Of a stretch of DNA of 64,000 nucleotides, positions 19,444 through 29,846 are shown one piece after another. A program made the position numbers and the translations under genes. The notes under the pieces were generated by a model. That model saw nothing but the letters and a program-made list of their open reading frames with translations. It had not been told where the DNA came from and ran no database searches. Origin of the DNA: Anaerolineae bacterium (GTDB lineage: Bacteria > Chloroflexota > Anaerolineae > UBA7937 > B3-Chlor); NCBI GenBank assembly GCA_034411995.1, contig DAOUME010000030.1:47409-111408 (forward strand), in the 5' to 3' direction. Position 1 is the first letter of the stretch; the number at the start of each line of letters is the position of its first letter.

Positions 19444-20475
19444 TCACCCACTTGATGAGCGTGAACAACCTGGGTGACAGGCCACGAAGTGGCCACCCCC
19501 TACGTCCACCAATTGGGGAACCGTCTCTCTACATACGTCCTTGGCCTCCCCGCACCGGGGATGAAAGGCACACCCCGGAGGGGGACTGGCGGGATCTGGA
19601 ACACCCCCACCGAGTATGATGCGGTGCCGGCGCAGCTTGGGATCCAGCTCGGGTGTCGCTGAGAGCAGAGCCTGAGTGTAGGGATGGAGAGGACTGCCAA
19701 AGATCGCGTCGGACTGCCCGCGCTCGACGATTCTCCCCAGGTACATGACGGCAATGAGATCGCTGACATGATGCACCAGCGTCAGGTTGTGTGAGATGAA
19801 GAGATACGTGAGCTCCAGATCACGCTGCAATTGCTTGAGCTGCTCGATGATCTGTGCCTGCACAGATACGTCCAGGGCAGCCGTAGGCTCGTCCAAGATC
19901 AGGAATCTCGGATTCAGTGCGAGGGCGCGGGCAATCGCTATCCGCTGCAACTGGCCACCGGAGAACTCGTGTGGATAGCGATAGAGAAAATCCGCAGAGA
20001 GACCTACCTGCTCCAAGAGCTCGACGACCCTGTCGCGCCTCTCAGCCGACCTCATGGACGTATGTGTGCGAAGCGGCTGGGCAACGATGCGATGGATGCT
20101 CATCCGTCCATCCAACGACGAGTATGGGTTCTGGAATATTATCTGCATGTCTCTCCGGCGCTTGCGTAGCTCGCGAGCTGAGAGTCTCAGAATGTCCTCC
20201 CCTTCGAAGAGAATGTGCCCCGACGTTGGCCTCGTGAGAAGCAGTATGCAACGCGCAAGGGTCGTCTTGCCGCAACCTGACTCACCCACGACCCCCACCG
20301 TGCTCCTGCGCTCGATGTCCAAAGACACGCCATCAACGGCCCGCACCACCCGTGGGTTCCGATCGATGAATCCTCGCGGTTGGATGAAGTGCTTGACAAG
20401 GTCTCTGACCGCTACATGAACGCTGTCCGTCTGCCCACTCTCACGCGTGTGATTCATTTTCCAGTGACTCCGCAT
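19444..20475 (-). CDS. Oligopeptide/dipeptide-type ABC transporter ATP-binding protein (OppF/DppF-like)
   Basis: Walker A GESGCGKTT, signature FSGGQLQRIAIARAL, Walker B LILDEPTAALD, and a C-terminal oligopeptide-type extension (GCAFHPRC). The true start is probably a few codons inside the track ORF. Confidence 0.9.
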   Translation of the reverse strand: MRSHWKMNHTRESGQTDSVHVAVRDLVKHFIQPRGFIDRNPRVVRAVDGVSLDIERRSTVGVVGESGCGKTTLARCILLLTRPTSGHILFEGEDILRLSARELRKRRRDMQIIFQNPYSSLDGRMSIHRIVAQPLRTHTSMRSAERRDRVVELLEQVGLSADFLYRYPHEFSGGQLQRIAIARALALNPRFLILDEPTAALDVSVQAQIIEQLKQLQRDLELTYLFISHNLTLVHHVSDLIAVMYLGRIVERGQSDAIFGSPLHPYTQALLSATPELDPKLRRHRIILGGGVPDPASPPPGCAFHPRCGEAKDVCRETVPQLVDVGGGHFVACHPGCSRSSSG

Positions 20476-21430
20476 ACAGAAAGCAGCACGTGGTGTGCTC
20501 CTCGCCTACGGTGATCGTGGGGGGAACGTCTCCGCATCGCTCCATTCTGTGCGGGCATCTGGGAGCGAAGGCGCATCCCTGGATGGGATCGAGACCGCTG
20601 GGAACCGTACCGGGGATGGCTTGCAGCGATGTGCCACGGCTGCCTCTACGAGGGCTGGCATTCAATAGAGCTTGTGTATAGGGATGTTTTGCAGAATACA
20701 GCACTTGCTCTACAGGGCCTGACTCCAGTACTCGCCCCGCGTACAGCACCGCCACCCGGCGACACATTTCGGCCACGACAGCCAAGTCATGGGTGATCAT
20801 CAAGATAGCTATGCCCTGCGTCTCTCTCAGTCTGCGTAGCAGGTCCAGGATCTGGGCTTGCACAGTGACGTCAAGATCCGTCGTGGGCTCGTCTGCGATC
20901 AGCAACTCCGCCCCACACGACAGAGCCATGGCGATGCATGCCCTCTGTTTCATCCCGCCGCTCAGCTCATGAGGATAGGTATGCAGAATCCTTGCTGGAT
21001 CCGGCAATTCCACGATCCGGAGCAGGTCCAACGCCCGGGTGTTCATCTCCTCCTTGCTCGCTGGCTGGTGCTTGCGCATGATGAAGCCCATCTGCTCACC
21101 GATCGTGAACAACGGGTTCAGTGACGCCCCCGGATCTTGGAAGATCATGGCAATCCGTTTGCCCCTGATCGCTCCGAGGTACGATTGAGGTTTGCCCAGC
21201 AGTTCCTCACCCTCGAAGATAATGCTGCCTGACGTGATCTCTCCGCCCTTGGGCACCAGTCCTAGGAGCGAAAGCCCCGTCATCGACTTGCCACAACCCG
21301 TTTCCCCAACCAGGCCCAGCGTGTCCCCCGCGTAGATGTCCAAGTCGATACCATTCAGGGCGTGTATGACCCCGGCGTACGTGCGAAACTCCAGGCGGAG
21401 ATCGCGGATGGTCACCAGTACCTGGTCCAT
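20441..21430 (-). CDS. Oligopeptide/dipeptide-type ABC transporter ATP-binding protein (OppD/DppD-like)
   Basis: GETGCGKSMTG, LSGGMKQRACIAMAL, LLIADEPTTDLD, GCAFAPRCPHRMERC. Confidence 0.9.
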   Translation of the reverse strand: MDQVLVTIRDLRLEFRTYAGVIHALNGIDLDIYAGDTLGLVGETGCGKSMTGLSLLGLVPKGGEITSGSIIFEGEELLGKPQSYLGAIRGKRIAMIFQDPGASLNPLFTIGEQMGFIMRKHQPASKEEMNTRALDLLRIVELPDPARILHTYPHELSGGMKQRACIAMALSCGAELLIADEPTTDLDVTVQAQILDLLRRLRETQGIAILMITHDLAVVAEMCRRVAVLYAGRVLESGPVEQVLYSAKHPYTQALLNASPRRGSRGTSLQAIPGTVPSGLDPIQGCAFAPRCPHRMERCGDVPPTITVGEEHTTCCFLYAESLENESHA

Positions 21431-22348
21431 CTATCCCCTCCTCCTGGAGCGTGGGTCGAAGACGTCCCGAACCCCGTCTCCCAGAAGATTGAAACACATG
21501 GAGACAACGAGAATGGCAACGCCTGGACAGATAGCGTACCACGGAGCTTCGACCACATACAGACGGGCCGTCGTCAGCATGTTTCCCCAGTCGGGGCGTG
21601 GCGCTTGCACACCGAGGCCAACAAAGCTCAACGCCGCTCCCATGAGAATGGCACCGCCGATGTCCATGGTCCCCTGAACTAGGGCCGGGGTCAGCACGTT
21701 CGGAAGTACGTGCTCGCGCACGATGGTCAGGCCAGAGACCCCGGTGGCTCGCGCTGCCTCGATGAAGGTCTGTTCCTTGAGCGCGACGGCTTGCGCTCGG
21801 GCCAGCCGCGTATACCACGGCCACCAGGTGAGTGCGATGGCGATCATGGCATTGACCAAGCTGGGCCCGAGAGCAGCACTGATGGAAATGGCGAGCAGCA
21901 GCGCAGGAAACGACAAGAAGACGTCCGTGATGCGCATGATGGCCTGATCCAACCACCCTCCGAAGTAGCCGGCAACCGCCCCCAGGGGAGTCCCGATCAC
22001 CATAGCGATGGCGACCACCAGGAATCCAATCCCCAGCGAAGGTCTGCTCCCCAGGAGGATCCGGGACAAGACATCCCTTCCGAGCTCGTCCGTGCCTAGC
22101 ACGTGTGAGGAACTGGGCGCCTGATTCTTTTCCGCAATATTGGCCTTTCCTCTGCCCTGGTCGGGATAGGGAGCCAGAAGCGGGGCAAAGAGAGCCGCGA
22201 GTACGATGACTACAATAACAATGAGGCTAAGGACCGCAAGGTGATCGCGCCGAAAGGCCCGCCACATTAGGCCGTATTCTCGAAATCGAGCCTGCGTTGC
22301 ACTGACAGTGGCTGCCTCGCGACGCTCTAGATCGACGACGCTCATCAT
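21431..22348 (-). CDS. ABC transporter permease (OppC/DppC-like)
   Basis: 305 aa, multi-pass membrane protein. EAA-type loop IEAARATGVSGLTIVREHVLPN. Its stop directly abuts the next start. Confidence 0.9.
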   Translation of the reverse strand: MMSVVDLERREAATVSATQARFREYGLMWRAFRRDHLAVLSLIVIVVIVLAALFAPLLAPYPDQGRGKANIAEKNQAPSSSHVLGTDELGRDVLSRILLGSRPSLGIGFLVVAIAMVIGTPLGAVAGYFGGWLDQAIMRITDVFLSFPALLLAISISAALGPSLVNAMIAIALTWWPWYTRLARAQAVALKEQTFIEAARATGVSGLTIVREHVLPNVLTPALVQGTMDIGGAILMGAALSFVGLGVQAPRPDWGNMLTTARLYVVEAPWYAICPGVAILVVSMCFNLLGDGVRDVFDPRSRRRG

Positions 22349-22363
22349 CCGGCCTCCAAGGTG

Positions 22364-23386
22364 CTATCGCAGACTAATCCGGGGATCGATCCTCGCCTGC
22401 AACAGGTCAAGAGCGAGATTGGTGAAGACATAGAACACGGTGACCACGAGAGTTATGGACAGGACGACGGGAAAGTCAATCACCCTCACAGCGTTGAACA
22501 GGTACGTGCCCAACCCTGGCCAGAGAAACATGATTTCCACTAGCATCGCCCCGGTCAGATTCCACACGAAAGTCAGTCCCAACACCATGAGCGTGGGCAC
22601 GATGGCATTCTTGAGAGCCAACCTGAAGAACACAGTGCGTCGGTCGAGCCCTGATGCCCAGGCTGCGGTGATGTACTTCTCCTCCAAGACTTCCACCATG
22701 CTCGCTCTGGTCATGCGAATGCTCAATCCGATTCCGTAACTAGAAAGCGCCAGACTTGGCAGGATGCTGTGCACCAGCGCCTCTCGGAAATGTAACCAGC
22801 TATGTGCGAGAAGTGCGTCAACCAGGTAGAAACCCGTGATCGGGGTAAGTGGCGAGAAGACCGCAACATCACGGCTGACGCGACCGCCGAGCGGCAGTAT
22901 GCCAAGCTGTCGACAGAAGACCATCTGCAGGGCAAGGGCCAGCCAGAACACCGGGACCGACACACACAGTACCGCGAATACGCGGCTGAAGTGATCCAGC
23001 CAGCTATCCTTCCAAGCCGCCGACAGCACTCCCAGCGGAATGCCGACGATGACAGTGAAGAACATACTGAAAAAGACTAGCTCCAGGGTCGCCGGCAAGT
23101 ATTTCTTCAGGTCATTGACGATCGGCAGATGGGTGAGGACCGAGACACCAAAATCCCCGTGCAGGACTGAACTCATGTAGCGGAAGTACTGCTGGTACAA
23201 GGGCAGGTCCAGTCCCAGCTTGACTCGCGCAGCTTCTATCTGCTCCGGCCTGGCGCGGGGGCCTGCCCACAGGTGCGCAGGGTTCGAAGGCATCAGGCGG
23301 GCAATGACAAAGGTAATCAGCGACACGCCCACTAGGACCATGATTGCCAACAGAATCCGCCGGACGAAGTACTGTGCTCTCTGCAA
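22364..23386 (-). CDS. ABC transporter permease (OppB/DppB-like)
   Basis: 340 aa. N-terminus FVRRILLAIMVLVGVSLITFVIARL and EAA loop AAWASGLDRRTVFFRLALKNA. Confidence 0.9.
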   Translation of the reverse strand: MQRAQYFVRRILLAIMVLVGVSLITFVIARLMPSNPAHLWAGPRARPEQIEAARVKLGLDLPLYQQYFRYMSSVLHGDFGVSVLTHLPIVNDLKKYLPATLELVFFSMFFTVIVGIPLGVLSAAWKDSWLDHFSRVFAVLCVSVPVFWLALALQMVFCRQLGILPLGGRVSRDVAVFSPLTPITGFYLVDALLAHSWLHFREALVHSILPSLALSSYGIGLSIRMTRASMVEVLEEKYITAAWASGLDRRTVFFRLALKNAIVPTLMVLGLTFVWNLTGAMLVEIMFLWPGLGTYLFNAVRVIDFPVVLSITLVVTVFYVFTNLALDLLQARIDPRISLR

Positions 23387-23505
23387 GATGGCACCTCGAA
23401 CGCTTCCGGGGGCCAGCCAATTCGAACAGCGGTTGGCCCCCTGCTACTCCAAAGACCCAGAACTGCGGCGCAGCGCTCGAGAGTCGAGCACCGAGTTACC
23501 GACCT

Positions 23506-25122
23506 CTAGTGTTCAACCCTCAAGTCGTAGAAGAAGACCTCCCCGGGGTAAGCCGGATTGTCCTCGAAGGTAGTAACGCGCGAACTGACGAGCCACAGCA
23601 AGGGCGGGTCAATGGTCGGAAATGCGGGCAGTTCGTCCATCAGCATGTGCTGCGCCTCGATGTACTTCCCTGCGGCGAGATCCAAGGATACACCGGCGTC
23701 CTTATTAGCCTCGTCCAGGAGCGCGTCGAATTCGGGGTTGCACCAATAGCTTAGGTTGTAGAAGAGTTCCTCCTCTTGACACGAGAACATGCTCGTCAGG
23801 GGATCGGCAGGTGTGACCCAGTCGGGCCACCACTGCTCTGGGAAGATGTCCTGTCTGTCCTCCTCTGGCCCAATGGCTCTCGCATAGACTGACTCGAAGA
23901 CTCCGGGCTCGAGCTTGAGGGTTATCCCCAGCTCAGAGAGGGGCTGTACCCACTCCTCCATCGGCCATGCTACCCCGGGCCAGTCGGGGGCGTAGGTCCC
24001 AATCAGCGTGAAGCCGCCGTCCGGGTATCCGGCCTCGGCCAGCAGATCCCTGGCCTCGTCCAGATCTTGATGATACTGCATACAATCCGTGCAGTTGCCC
24101 CACATAAGCAGAGGGATAAAACCACGCGACAGTTTGTAGATACCCTCGCTCCTGTCGATCACTTCTTGGTAGGGGAAACTCCAAGCGAGTGCTTCCCTCA
24201 CCCGCACGTCATCGAGGGGCGGACGCTTGGTGTTCAGCAACATGAGTGTATGGTAGTATGCGTCAGTGATCACAGAGTATAACCCCTCTGTCTGCCCCAG
24301 TCGGAGAACCGTGTCGGGAGGAGCGCCCAGGTAGAAGTCCCCTTCTCCCGATTCCATCATCTGTACTGCCGTGGGCGGGTCCATCACGATTTCCAAGACG
24401 GCCTTGTCGGGTTGGCCCTCTTCCCAACCACCCCAGTAGTCATCGTACCGCGTCAAGATCATGCGTTCCCCTCTGGTGTATGACTCGATCATGTACGGGC
24501 CGGTACCCACGCAGTTGCCGGCGTTGAACCACTCCGTATCCTTGTCCAGGATGTTGGGGCTCATGATGCCGGCCCCGTACGGCGCGGTCAATATCAGGTC
24601 CATGGGCTGCGGGTACTTGAGGTTGAACTTGACGGTATACTCATCCGCGGCCTCGATGGAGTCCACCCCCGCGTACACCCACGCGTAGCCAGACCCGCGC
24701 GCAATGATGTAGTCGAAGGTAGCCTTCACTGCGTCAGCGTTGAAGGGCGCCCCATCCTGGAACGTTACCCCCTCGCGCAGGTGGAACGTCCATTCCGTCG
24801 CGTCTTCGTTCTTCTCCCAGCTAGTGGCCAGGCCAGGCACGACCTTCTCAGCGCTTCCCGGAGGCGTAGCCCAGACGAGATTCTCATAGCACATGTTCTG
24901 GAAGACGGGCTCGATGGACCACGCATCAGCAGGATTCATGTTGAGAAAGTCTTGCTGCAACAGGAACGTGACCACAATTGGTTCTCCACCCTCCTCCGGT
25001 TTCGCCGTGGCGGCCGGTGGCGGGGCCTCTGTGCCGGCCGGCGCCGCGGCAGGTGCACAGGCTGGCAGCAGAAGCGCGACCAGCAGCGCCAAACTGACTG
25101 CGAAGTTGATTCTCCTAGACAT
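23506..25122 (-). CDS. ABC transporter substrate-binding lipoprotein, family 5 (peptide/nickel/opine type)
   Basis: 538 aa. Signal peptide with lipobox LLPAC. Family-5 blocks PGLATSWE and DGAPFNADAVKATFDY. Confidence 0.9.
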   Translation of the reverse strand: MSRRINFAVSLALLVALLLPACAPAAAPAGTEAPPPAATAKPEEGGEPIVVTFLLQQDFLNMNPADAWSIEPVFQNMCYENLVWATPPGSAEKVVPGLATSWEKNEDATEWTFHLREGVTFQDGAPFNADAVKATFDYIIARGSGYAWVYAGVDSIEAADEYTVKFNLKYPQPMDLILTAPYGAGIMSPNILDKDTEWFNAGNCVGTGPYMIESYTRGERMILTRYDDYWGGWEEGQPDKAVLEIVMDPPTAVQMMESGEGDFYLGAPPDTVLRLGQTEGLYSVITDAYYHTLMLLNTKRPPLDDVRVREALAWSFPYQEVIDRSEGIYKLSRGFIPLLMWGNCTDCMQYHQDLDEARDLLAEAGYPDGGFTLIGTYAPDWPGVAWPMEEWVQPLSELGITLKLEPGVFESVYARAIGPEEDRQDIFPEQWWPDWVTPADPLTSMFSCQEEELFYNLSYWCNPEFDALLDEANKDAGVSLDLAAGKYIEAQHMLMDELPAFPTIDPPLLWLVSSRVTTFEDNPAYPGEVFFYDLRVEH

Positions 25123-25332
25123 CTTGTCCTCCCTCTGATCTCGTGTTACGAAATCGGTTTACTAAGGCGAGCGTTTGGTCTGATCAGTATTCGATGCATC
25201 CACCCCCTTCCTCGGCCCCTCGAGCACCTGCCGAGCACTCCGCAGGTACTTGGACGGTAGTATATTGGCCGGCTTCCCTCGTTGTCAAGGGCGTCCCCAT
25301 CTCCAGTGCCTCATCTCGCGAATGGCTTATTC

Positions 25333-26394
25333 TCAGTACCCACCGACACCCAGTAGCCGACACAGCTCCCTGAGTTCCGGATGAGCATATCTGCCGTGTC
25401 GCTCCAACTCCACTTCGTCAGCCCAGACCGTGGGTCGTAGCACCACCCCGTCACTGTGGGCAGGTGCCTCTGCCCAGGCTGCTCCGATGCCAAACTCCAC
25501 TCCGCCGAAGACACGCTCGTCATGACCGATCTCACCCTTGCAGCGACTCACCCCGGGGTTGAAGCCGTAGCTGCAATGCGCCACCTGATACATGCCCGGG
25601 TGGTCGAAAGCTGCCAGCCAGTCCTCAAAGACCCGCGCCTCGTGATCTCCCTCTATCTTGGTGATCACGCCGCCCCTGATCTCCACCCGCACCGGCTCTC
25701 TGAGAACACCGAGCTCGGCTGGAGGGTACAGCGCACCGTCGAAGACCACTACCCCTTCCACACCGCCAGGCACGTGCCCGAAAGTTGCCTGGCCCGGAGG
25801 CATCTGGCTCCAACCTTCGCCCTCTGTACCGATGACGCCCGGACCCGGCTTGAAGACGTGCCCTTGAGACCTTCCCGGATCAACCTTGACCGTGAGATCG
25901 GTACCCAGCTCGCTGGTGATCCTGATTTCCTTGGCCTTGTTCGACAGCTCGAGCAGTTTTTCGGCCAGTTTCTCCAGCAAGGAGTAGTCGACTCTTCCCA
26001 CCATCCTGACCAGACTGTCTACGTCCCCGCCCAAACTGAGGAACCTGACTCCCGCCCGCATGGCTTCTTTCCATGCGTCACTGTACAGGAGATACGTGTC
26101 GTTGAGCTCGATCCAAGCGTCAGCAGCCCGAAGCGCGGCGGTAACAGGTGCAGGAGGGTTCGCGGTGGCCATGTTCGTGGTGGGGTGTACCACTAGCGTG
26201 GGCACGGCGCCGACTCCGTAGATTGCCTTCACTGTTTCTTGGACCACCCGCCAGTCGGACATCGTGTCGGCTGTGACTACCACATTCTCGCCGGGTTGGA
26301 TGGGAAAGAGCTCCTCCACTATCTTTCTCCCAACCCTCCCCATCTCCATCCAGTACCACTCGGGGGAGGGTTCGAGGGACTTGTCAAGCTGCAT
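25333..26394 (-). CDS. Aminopeptidase-T (M29) / NicX-like protein (weak call)
   Basis: 353 aa, a clean ORF within the operon. GENVVVTADT...VVQETVKAIYGVGAVPTLVV resembles the N-terminal region of M29/NicX-type proteins from memory. Metal ligands were not verified. Confidence 0.4.
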   Translation of the reverse strand: MQLDKSLEPSPEWYWMEMGRVGRKIVEELFPIQPGENVVVTADTMSDWRVVQETVKAIYGVGAVPTLVVHPTTNMATANPPAPVTAALRAADAWIELNDTYLLYSDAWKEAMRAGVRFLSLGGDVDSLVRMVGRVDYSLLEKLAEKLLELSNKAKEIRITSELGTDLTVKVDPGRSQGHVFKPGPGVIGTEGEGWSQMPPGQATFGHVPGGVEGVVVFDGALYPPAELGVLREPVRVEIRGGVITKIEGDHEARVFEDWLAAFDHPGMYQVAHCSYGFNPGVSRCKGEIGHDERVFGGVEFGIGAAWAEAPAHSDGVVLRPTVWADEVELERHGRYAHPELRELCRLLGVGGY

Positions 26395-26495
26395 TCATCG
26401 CCTCCACTGATCTTCTACTGTAGCTGATCTGCACCCGGTTCTCCCCCAGACTCCTCTCCCGCCAAGCGTTCCCTCCCTAAGCCCTGTCAATCGGG

Positions 26496-28400
26496 CTAGC
26501 CTGTGGTCGGGGCCAGGGCCCCGATTCCCAGGAGCTCCAATGTCCTCTCTTCGGGGACCCCAGTGAGCAGGTTCCAGCCGTGCAGGCCGTAGTACTGGTC
26601 TAACATCCCGGCCAGAGTAGCCTCGTCGGTCACAAGCCCTCCCAGGCGACCGGAGCGCACCGGCTCGTTCATCATCCGCCAGGGTAGCTTGTCATGCTCG
26701 CGACGGGCGCCCTCGCGAACGTTGAAGCACCTTTCCAGGGTTACGATCCGCCGCCCGGCCGTCATCAGCTCCTCTTCGCTGAACTCCATGCCCAGGGCGA
26801 GGCCAAACAGCCTGGCCATGTTCTTAGGATTAACTCCGTAGGCCGCGGTCGTACTGAAGGCACAGAAGCCCAAGGCATCGCTGGCGGCATAGCAGTCCTC
26901 GTGCCAGCGGACGATTTCCGCTCTCTTGTCCACGAGGGTAGAATCAGCGTATCGGTCATCCCCCGTAATCTCCCGAATCAGGGCCCGGGCTTCAGGCGTG
27001 CCTCCAAACTCCGCAAGGCACTCCGTCATCAGGTGGTCCGGGCCTCTAGGATTCACGGCGAAGGCCAGCGCATATCCTTTGGCCATCCGCGTGTCCACGG
27101 CTGATTGCTCCAGCCCCTTGGCCTGTACCGCCCATTTCCACGAGTCGCCTTCCACGCGCTGGGCGGCCCGGCGAACTCCGTTGGCCAACAAATCACCCAG
27201 CCCTTGCTCGCGGAGAGCTATCCGCCTGATCAGATCTAGTTCGCTCTCTACATTGCCAAACTGCAGATCCAGGCCATCGCTCCATTCTTCCTTCAACAGC
27301 CCCCTATCTGTGCACTCCATGGCCCACGAGATGACATGACCTGTAGAGATCGTGTCCAAGCCATAGTCGTTGCACAACTGGTTGGCCTTGATCACGCCCT
27401 CTATGTCCACCGTACCGCACTGCGCGCCCAGGGCACAGACGCTTTCGTATTCTGGCCCGGCGTCCTGAACCAGGCCATAGCGATGCTCCTTGGTGCGGAC
27501 ATAGCGATGGCAGGCGATGGAACAAGAGAAGCACGACTCTCGACCGACAAGATAGCCTTGCTGTTCGAGGTACTGTCCACCGATCTTCTCTGCTCCATCG
27601 ATTCCGACACGACTGAAATTGTAAGATGCGAGTTCGCCCGCCTCGTTGGCAGGCGCTACATCGCCCGCGGTGCCCCAGTTGAAGAGCCTCTCCGAGGTAG
27701 TGTCCTCAGCCAGCTCGCTGCGGGTGCGGGCTGCCAAGGTGGCGAATTCCTGTCCTTGGGCCACCCGTAGGCCACCGCTGCCCCGCACAGCAACGGCTTT
27801 GAGGTTCTTCGACCCCATCACTGCCCCGACGCCACCCCGACTCGCCGAGTTGAAGAGGGAGAAGATAATAGAGGCGAATAGCACCCGGTTCTCGCCAGCG
27901 GGTCCGATGACGGCGGTCTGAATCTCCTCATCGCCCAGTTCTTGCTTGATGAGGCGGTCCGCCTCCCGGGTGCCGCATCCCCAGAGGTGACGGGCGTCAC
28001 GGATTGCCACTTCTCCATCGTCTATCCACAGGTAGACGGGATGCACAGCCTGGCCCCTGATCGCGAGGTAGTCATAGCCAGCGTATTTCAACTCGGCACC
28101 CAGATGGCCCCCCGCGCTTACTTTGAGGTAGAGACCCGTGGCGGGACCTTTGCAGGTCACGCAGCTGCGACCGGCAGAGGGCGCACTTGTGCCCGTCAAT
28201 GACCCCGTGCTAAGAACCAACACGTTCTCGGCACCCAGCGGATCTATGCCTGGCGCAAGCCGTTCATACAGGAGCTTGGCAGCAATACCCCTGCCACCCA
28301 GAAAGGTGAGCAAGTCACCAGGCTCAACCCGTTCGACCTTCGTCTCCCGGGAGGTCAATTCCACATTGAGTACTCGCTGTTCCCCCAGGTCTCTGATCAT
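26496..28400 (-). CDS. Aldehyde:ferredoxin oxidoreductase family tungsto/molybdopterin enzyme (canonical motifs)
   Basis: 634 aa. [4Fe-4S] motif CFSCSIAC (C-x2-C-x3-C), GPEYES, LCNDYGLDTISTG, DALGFCAF and the C-terminal YYGLHGWN block. Confidence 0.9.
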   Translation of the reverse strand: MIRDLGEQRVLNVELTSRETKVERVEPGDLLTFLGGRGIAAKLLYERLAPGIDPLGAENVLVLSTGSLTGTSAPSAGRSCVTCKGPATGLYLKVSAGGHLGAELKYAGYDYLAIRGQAVHPVYLWIDDGEVAIRDARHLWGCGTREADRLIKQELGDEEIQTAVIGPAGENRVLFASIIFSLFNSASRGGVGAVMGSKNLKAVAVRGSGGLRVAQGQEFATLAARTRSELAEDTTSERLFNWGTAGDVAPANEAGELASYNFSRVGIDGAEKIGGQYLEQQGYLVGRESCFSCSIACHRYVRTKEHRYGLVQDAGPEYESVCALGAQCGTVDIEGVIKANQLCNDYGLDTISTGHVISWAMECTDRGLLKEEWSDGLDLQFGNVESELDLIRRIALREQGLGDLLANGVRRAAQRVEGDSWKWAVQAKGLEQSAVDTRMAKGYALAFAVNPRGPDHLMTECLAEFGGTPEARALIREITGDDRYADSTLVDKRAEIVRWHEDCYAASDALGFCAFSTTAAYGVNPKNMARLFGLALGMEFSEEELMTAGRRIVTLERCFNVREGARREHDKLPWRMMNEPVRSGRLGGLVTDEATLAGMLDQYYGLHGWNLLTGVPEERTLELLGIGALAPTTG

Positions 28401-28410
28401 GGTTCCGGTT

Positions 28411-28902
28411 TCAGCTCCGGCCCTCGGCTATCACGTAGGTCTCAGCGGTGACTCCAGGCTTATGCTGTGCTACATCCCGGATGGTGACTACCTTCAGCGC
28501 GCCGGGGATACAGTTGGCCACACAGGCAGGTTCCCCGTCGCACAGATCGCAGATCATGGCCACGCCCTTCTCGTCATGGAGACTCACGGCACCTAACGGA
28601 CAGGCCCTAACGCACTCCCCGCAGCCGATACACGCCTCCTCATCGATCCGCACCACGGGCACGGTATGGTCAAGGTAGGCTGCGTGGGAGGGACAGGCCT
28701 GGACACAGGCAAGGCGAGTGCAGCTCACGCAGGCAACCGGGACAGTCACACCTCGATCCATCACACGCACAATGCGTATCCGCGAAAGCGCGGGCGAAAA
28801 GAACCCCTCGTGAGCGAAAGAACACACCAGCTCACACACCCTGCAAGCGGTGCATTTCTCCACGTCGACGCCCAGGCCACTGCTCATGACTCGGAAGCTC
28901 AC
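28411..28902 (-). CDS. Poly-[4Fe-4S] ferredoxin-like electron-transfer subunit (AorA/DmsB-like, four Cys groups)
   Basis: CTACRVCELVC; CVSCTRLACVQACP; CIGCGECVRACP; CDLCDGEPACVANC. GTGA start/stop overlap with the upstream flavoprotein gene. Confidence 0.8.
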   Translation of the reverse strand: MSFRVMSSGLGVDVEKCTACRVCELVCSFAHEGFFSPALSRIRIVRVMDRGVTVPVACVSCTRLACVQACPSHAAYLDHTVPVVRIDEEACIGCGECVRACPLGAVSLHDEKGVAMICDLCDGEPACVANCIPGALKVVTIRDVAQHKPGVTAETYVIAEGRS

Positions 28903-29639
28903 AGCTCGGCGGAAGGGAGTCGGCTCAAGAACGGACCGAAGTTGCCGTCCTCGACCAGCATGTCACGACAGGCCATACCCCCGGCCTGAACGATCATGGC
29001 CACTTGGACGACACGCTTGCCCAGACTCTGCGCCGCCGCCACCGCCGCTTGCGCGTCCAGGTCCCCTTCCTCGTACAGACGGCGTAGGCCATCCTTGCGA
29101 AGCGTGTTGCGAGTCCATCCGGCCGCTCCCAGGTAGGACTGCCACTCATCTCCCGAGACCGGCAGACAACTCATCAGCACTGCGTGATTGATCAGGTAGG
29201 ACATGACTTGTTCCTGTCCGGCGAAGACACAGCCGCCCTGCACGGCGACGCCAACGACTTTGAGGTTCTTGGCGTCGATGGCCTCAGCGCCTCCAGACGC
29301 GTAGACCATGCTATTCCCAAGCCTGTCTATGAAGGCTTTCAACTGGGCCGGTATGGCCATGTTGTACACCGGTACGGAATAGATGATCGCATCCGCCGCA
29401 TGCCATTTGTCTCGAAGCTCCTGGAAGTCGTCCTCGGTCGCACACTCGCCGGTCTTGCTGCAGCGATCACAGGCGATGCACGGCGCGATCTGTTTTCCGG
29501 CTAGCGAGAACGTCTGGGCATCCACAAGGTCAGGAGCGACGGCCACCGCCCCTTTGATCACGCACTTGAGAAGGTAGTTGCTGTTGCCCTTCTTGCGCGG
29601 GCTACCACAGATACCCAGCAGTTTGATGCGTCTCACCAT
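28899..29639 (-). CDS. Iron-sulfur flavoprotein (Isf)-like flavodoxin-fold protein
   Basis: IKLLGICGSPRKKGNS flavodoxin-like N-terminus plus the compact CIACDRCSKTGEC (C-x2-C-x2-C-x5-C) motif. Track ORF 28899..29687 trimmed to ATG 29639 (or GTG 29636), with GGGAGG immediately upstream. Confidence 0.7.
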   Translation of the reverse strand: MVRRIKLLGICGSPRKKGNSNYLLKCVIKGAVAVAPDLVDAQTFSLAGKQIAPCIACDRCSKTGECATEDDFQELRDKWHAADAIIYSVPVYNMAIPAQLKAFIDRLGNSMVYASGGAEAIDAKNLKVVGVAVQGGCVFAGQEQVMSYLINHAVLMSCLPVSGDEWQSYLGAAGWTRNTLRKDGLRRLYEEGDLDAQAAVAAAQSLGKRVVQVAMIVQAGGMACRDMLVEDGNFGPFLSRLPSAEL

Positions 29640-29846
29640 GACCTCCCATCTAGGCCAATGGACCCCCTGGAGGAGGCTCCTGCTCACTGATCGGTAAGGG
29701 AGCGACCCCTATGGCCGCGCAGCAAGGAATAGTCGACTCCGGCCCTCCAATTGTGGGGCGTGTGCAGCCAAACTCAGTCCCCGACACAGCGTCCCGCCTT
29801 GAAGGGGCCCTGGTGCCGGTGACGAGGGAGGACAGACTGGTCCCGC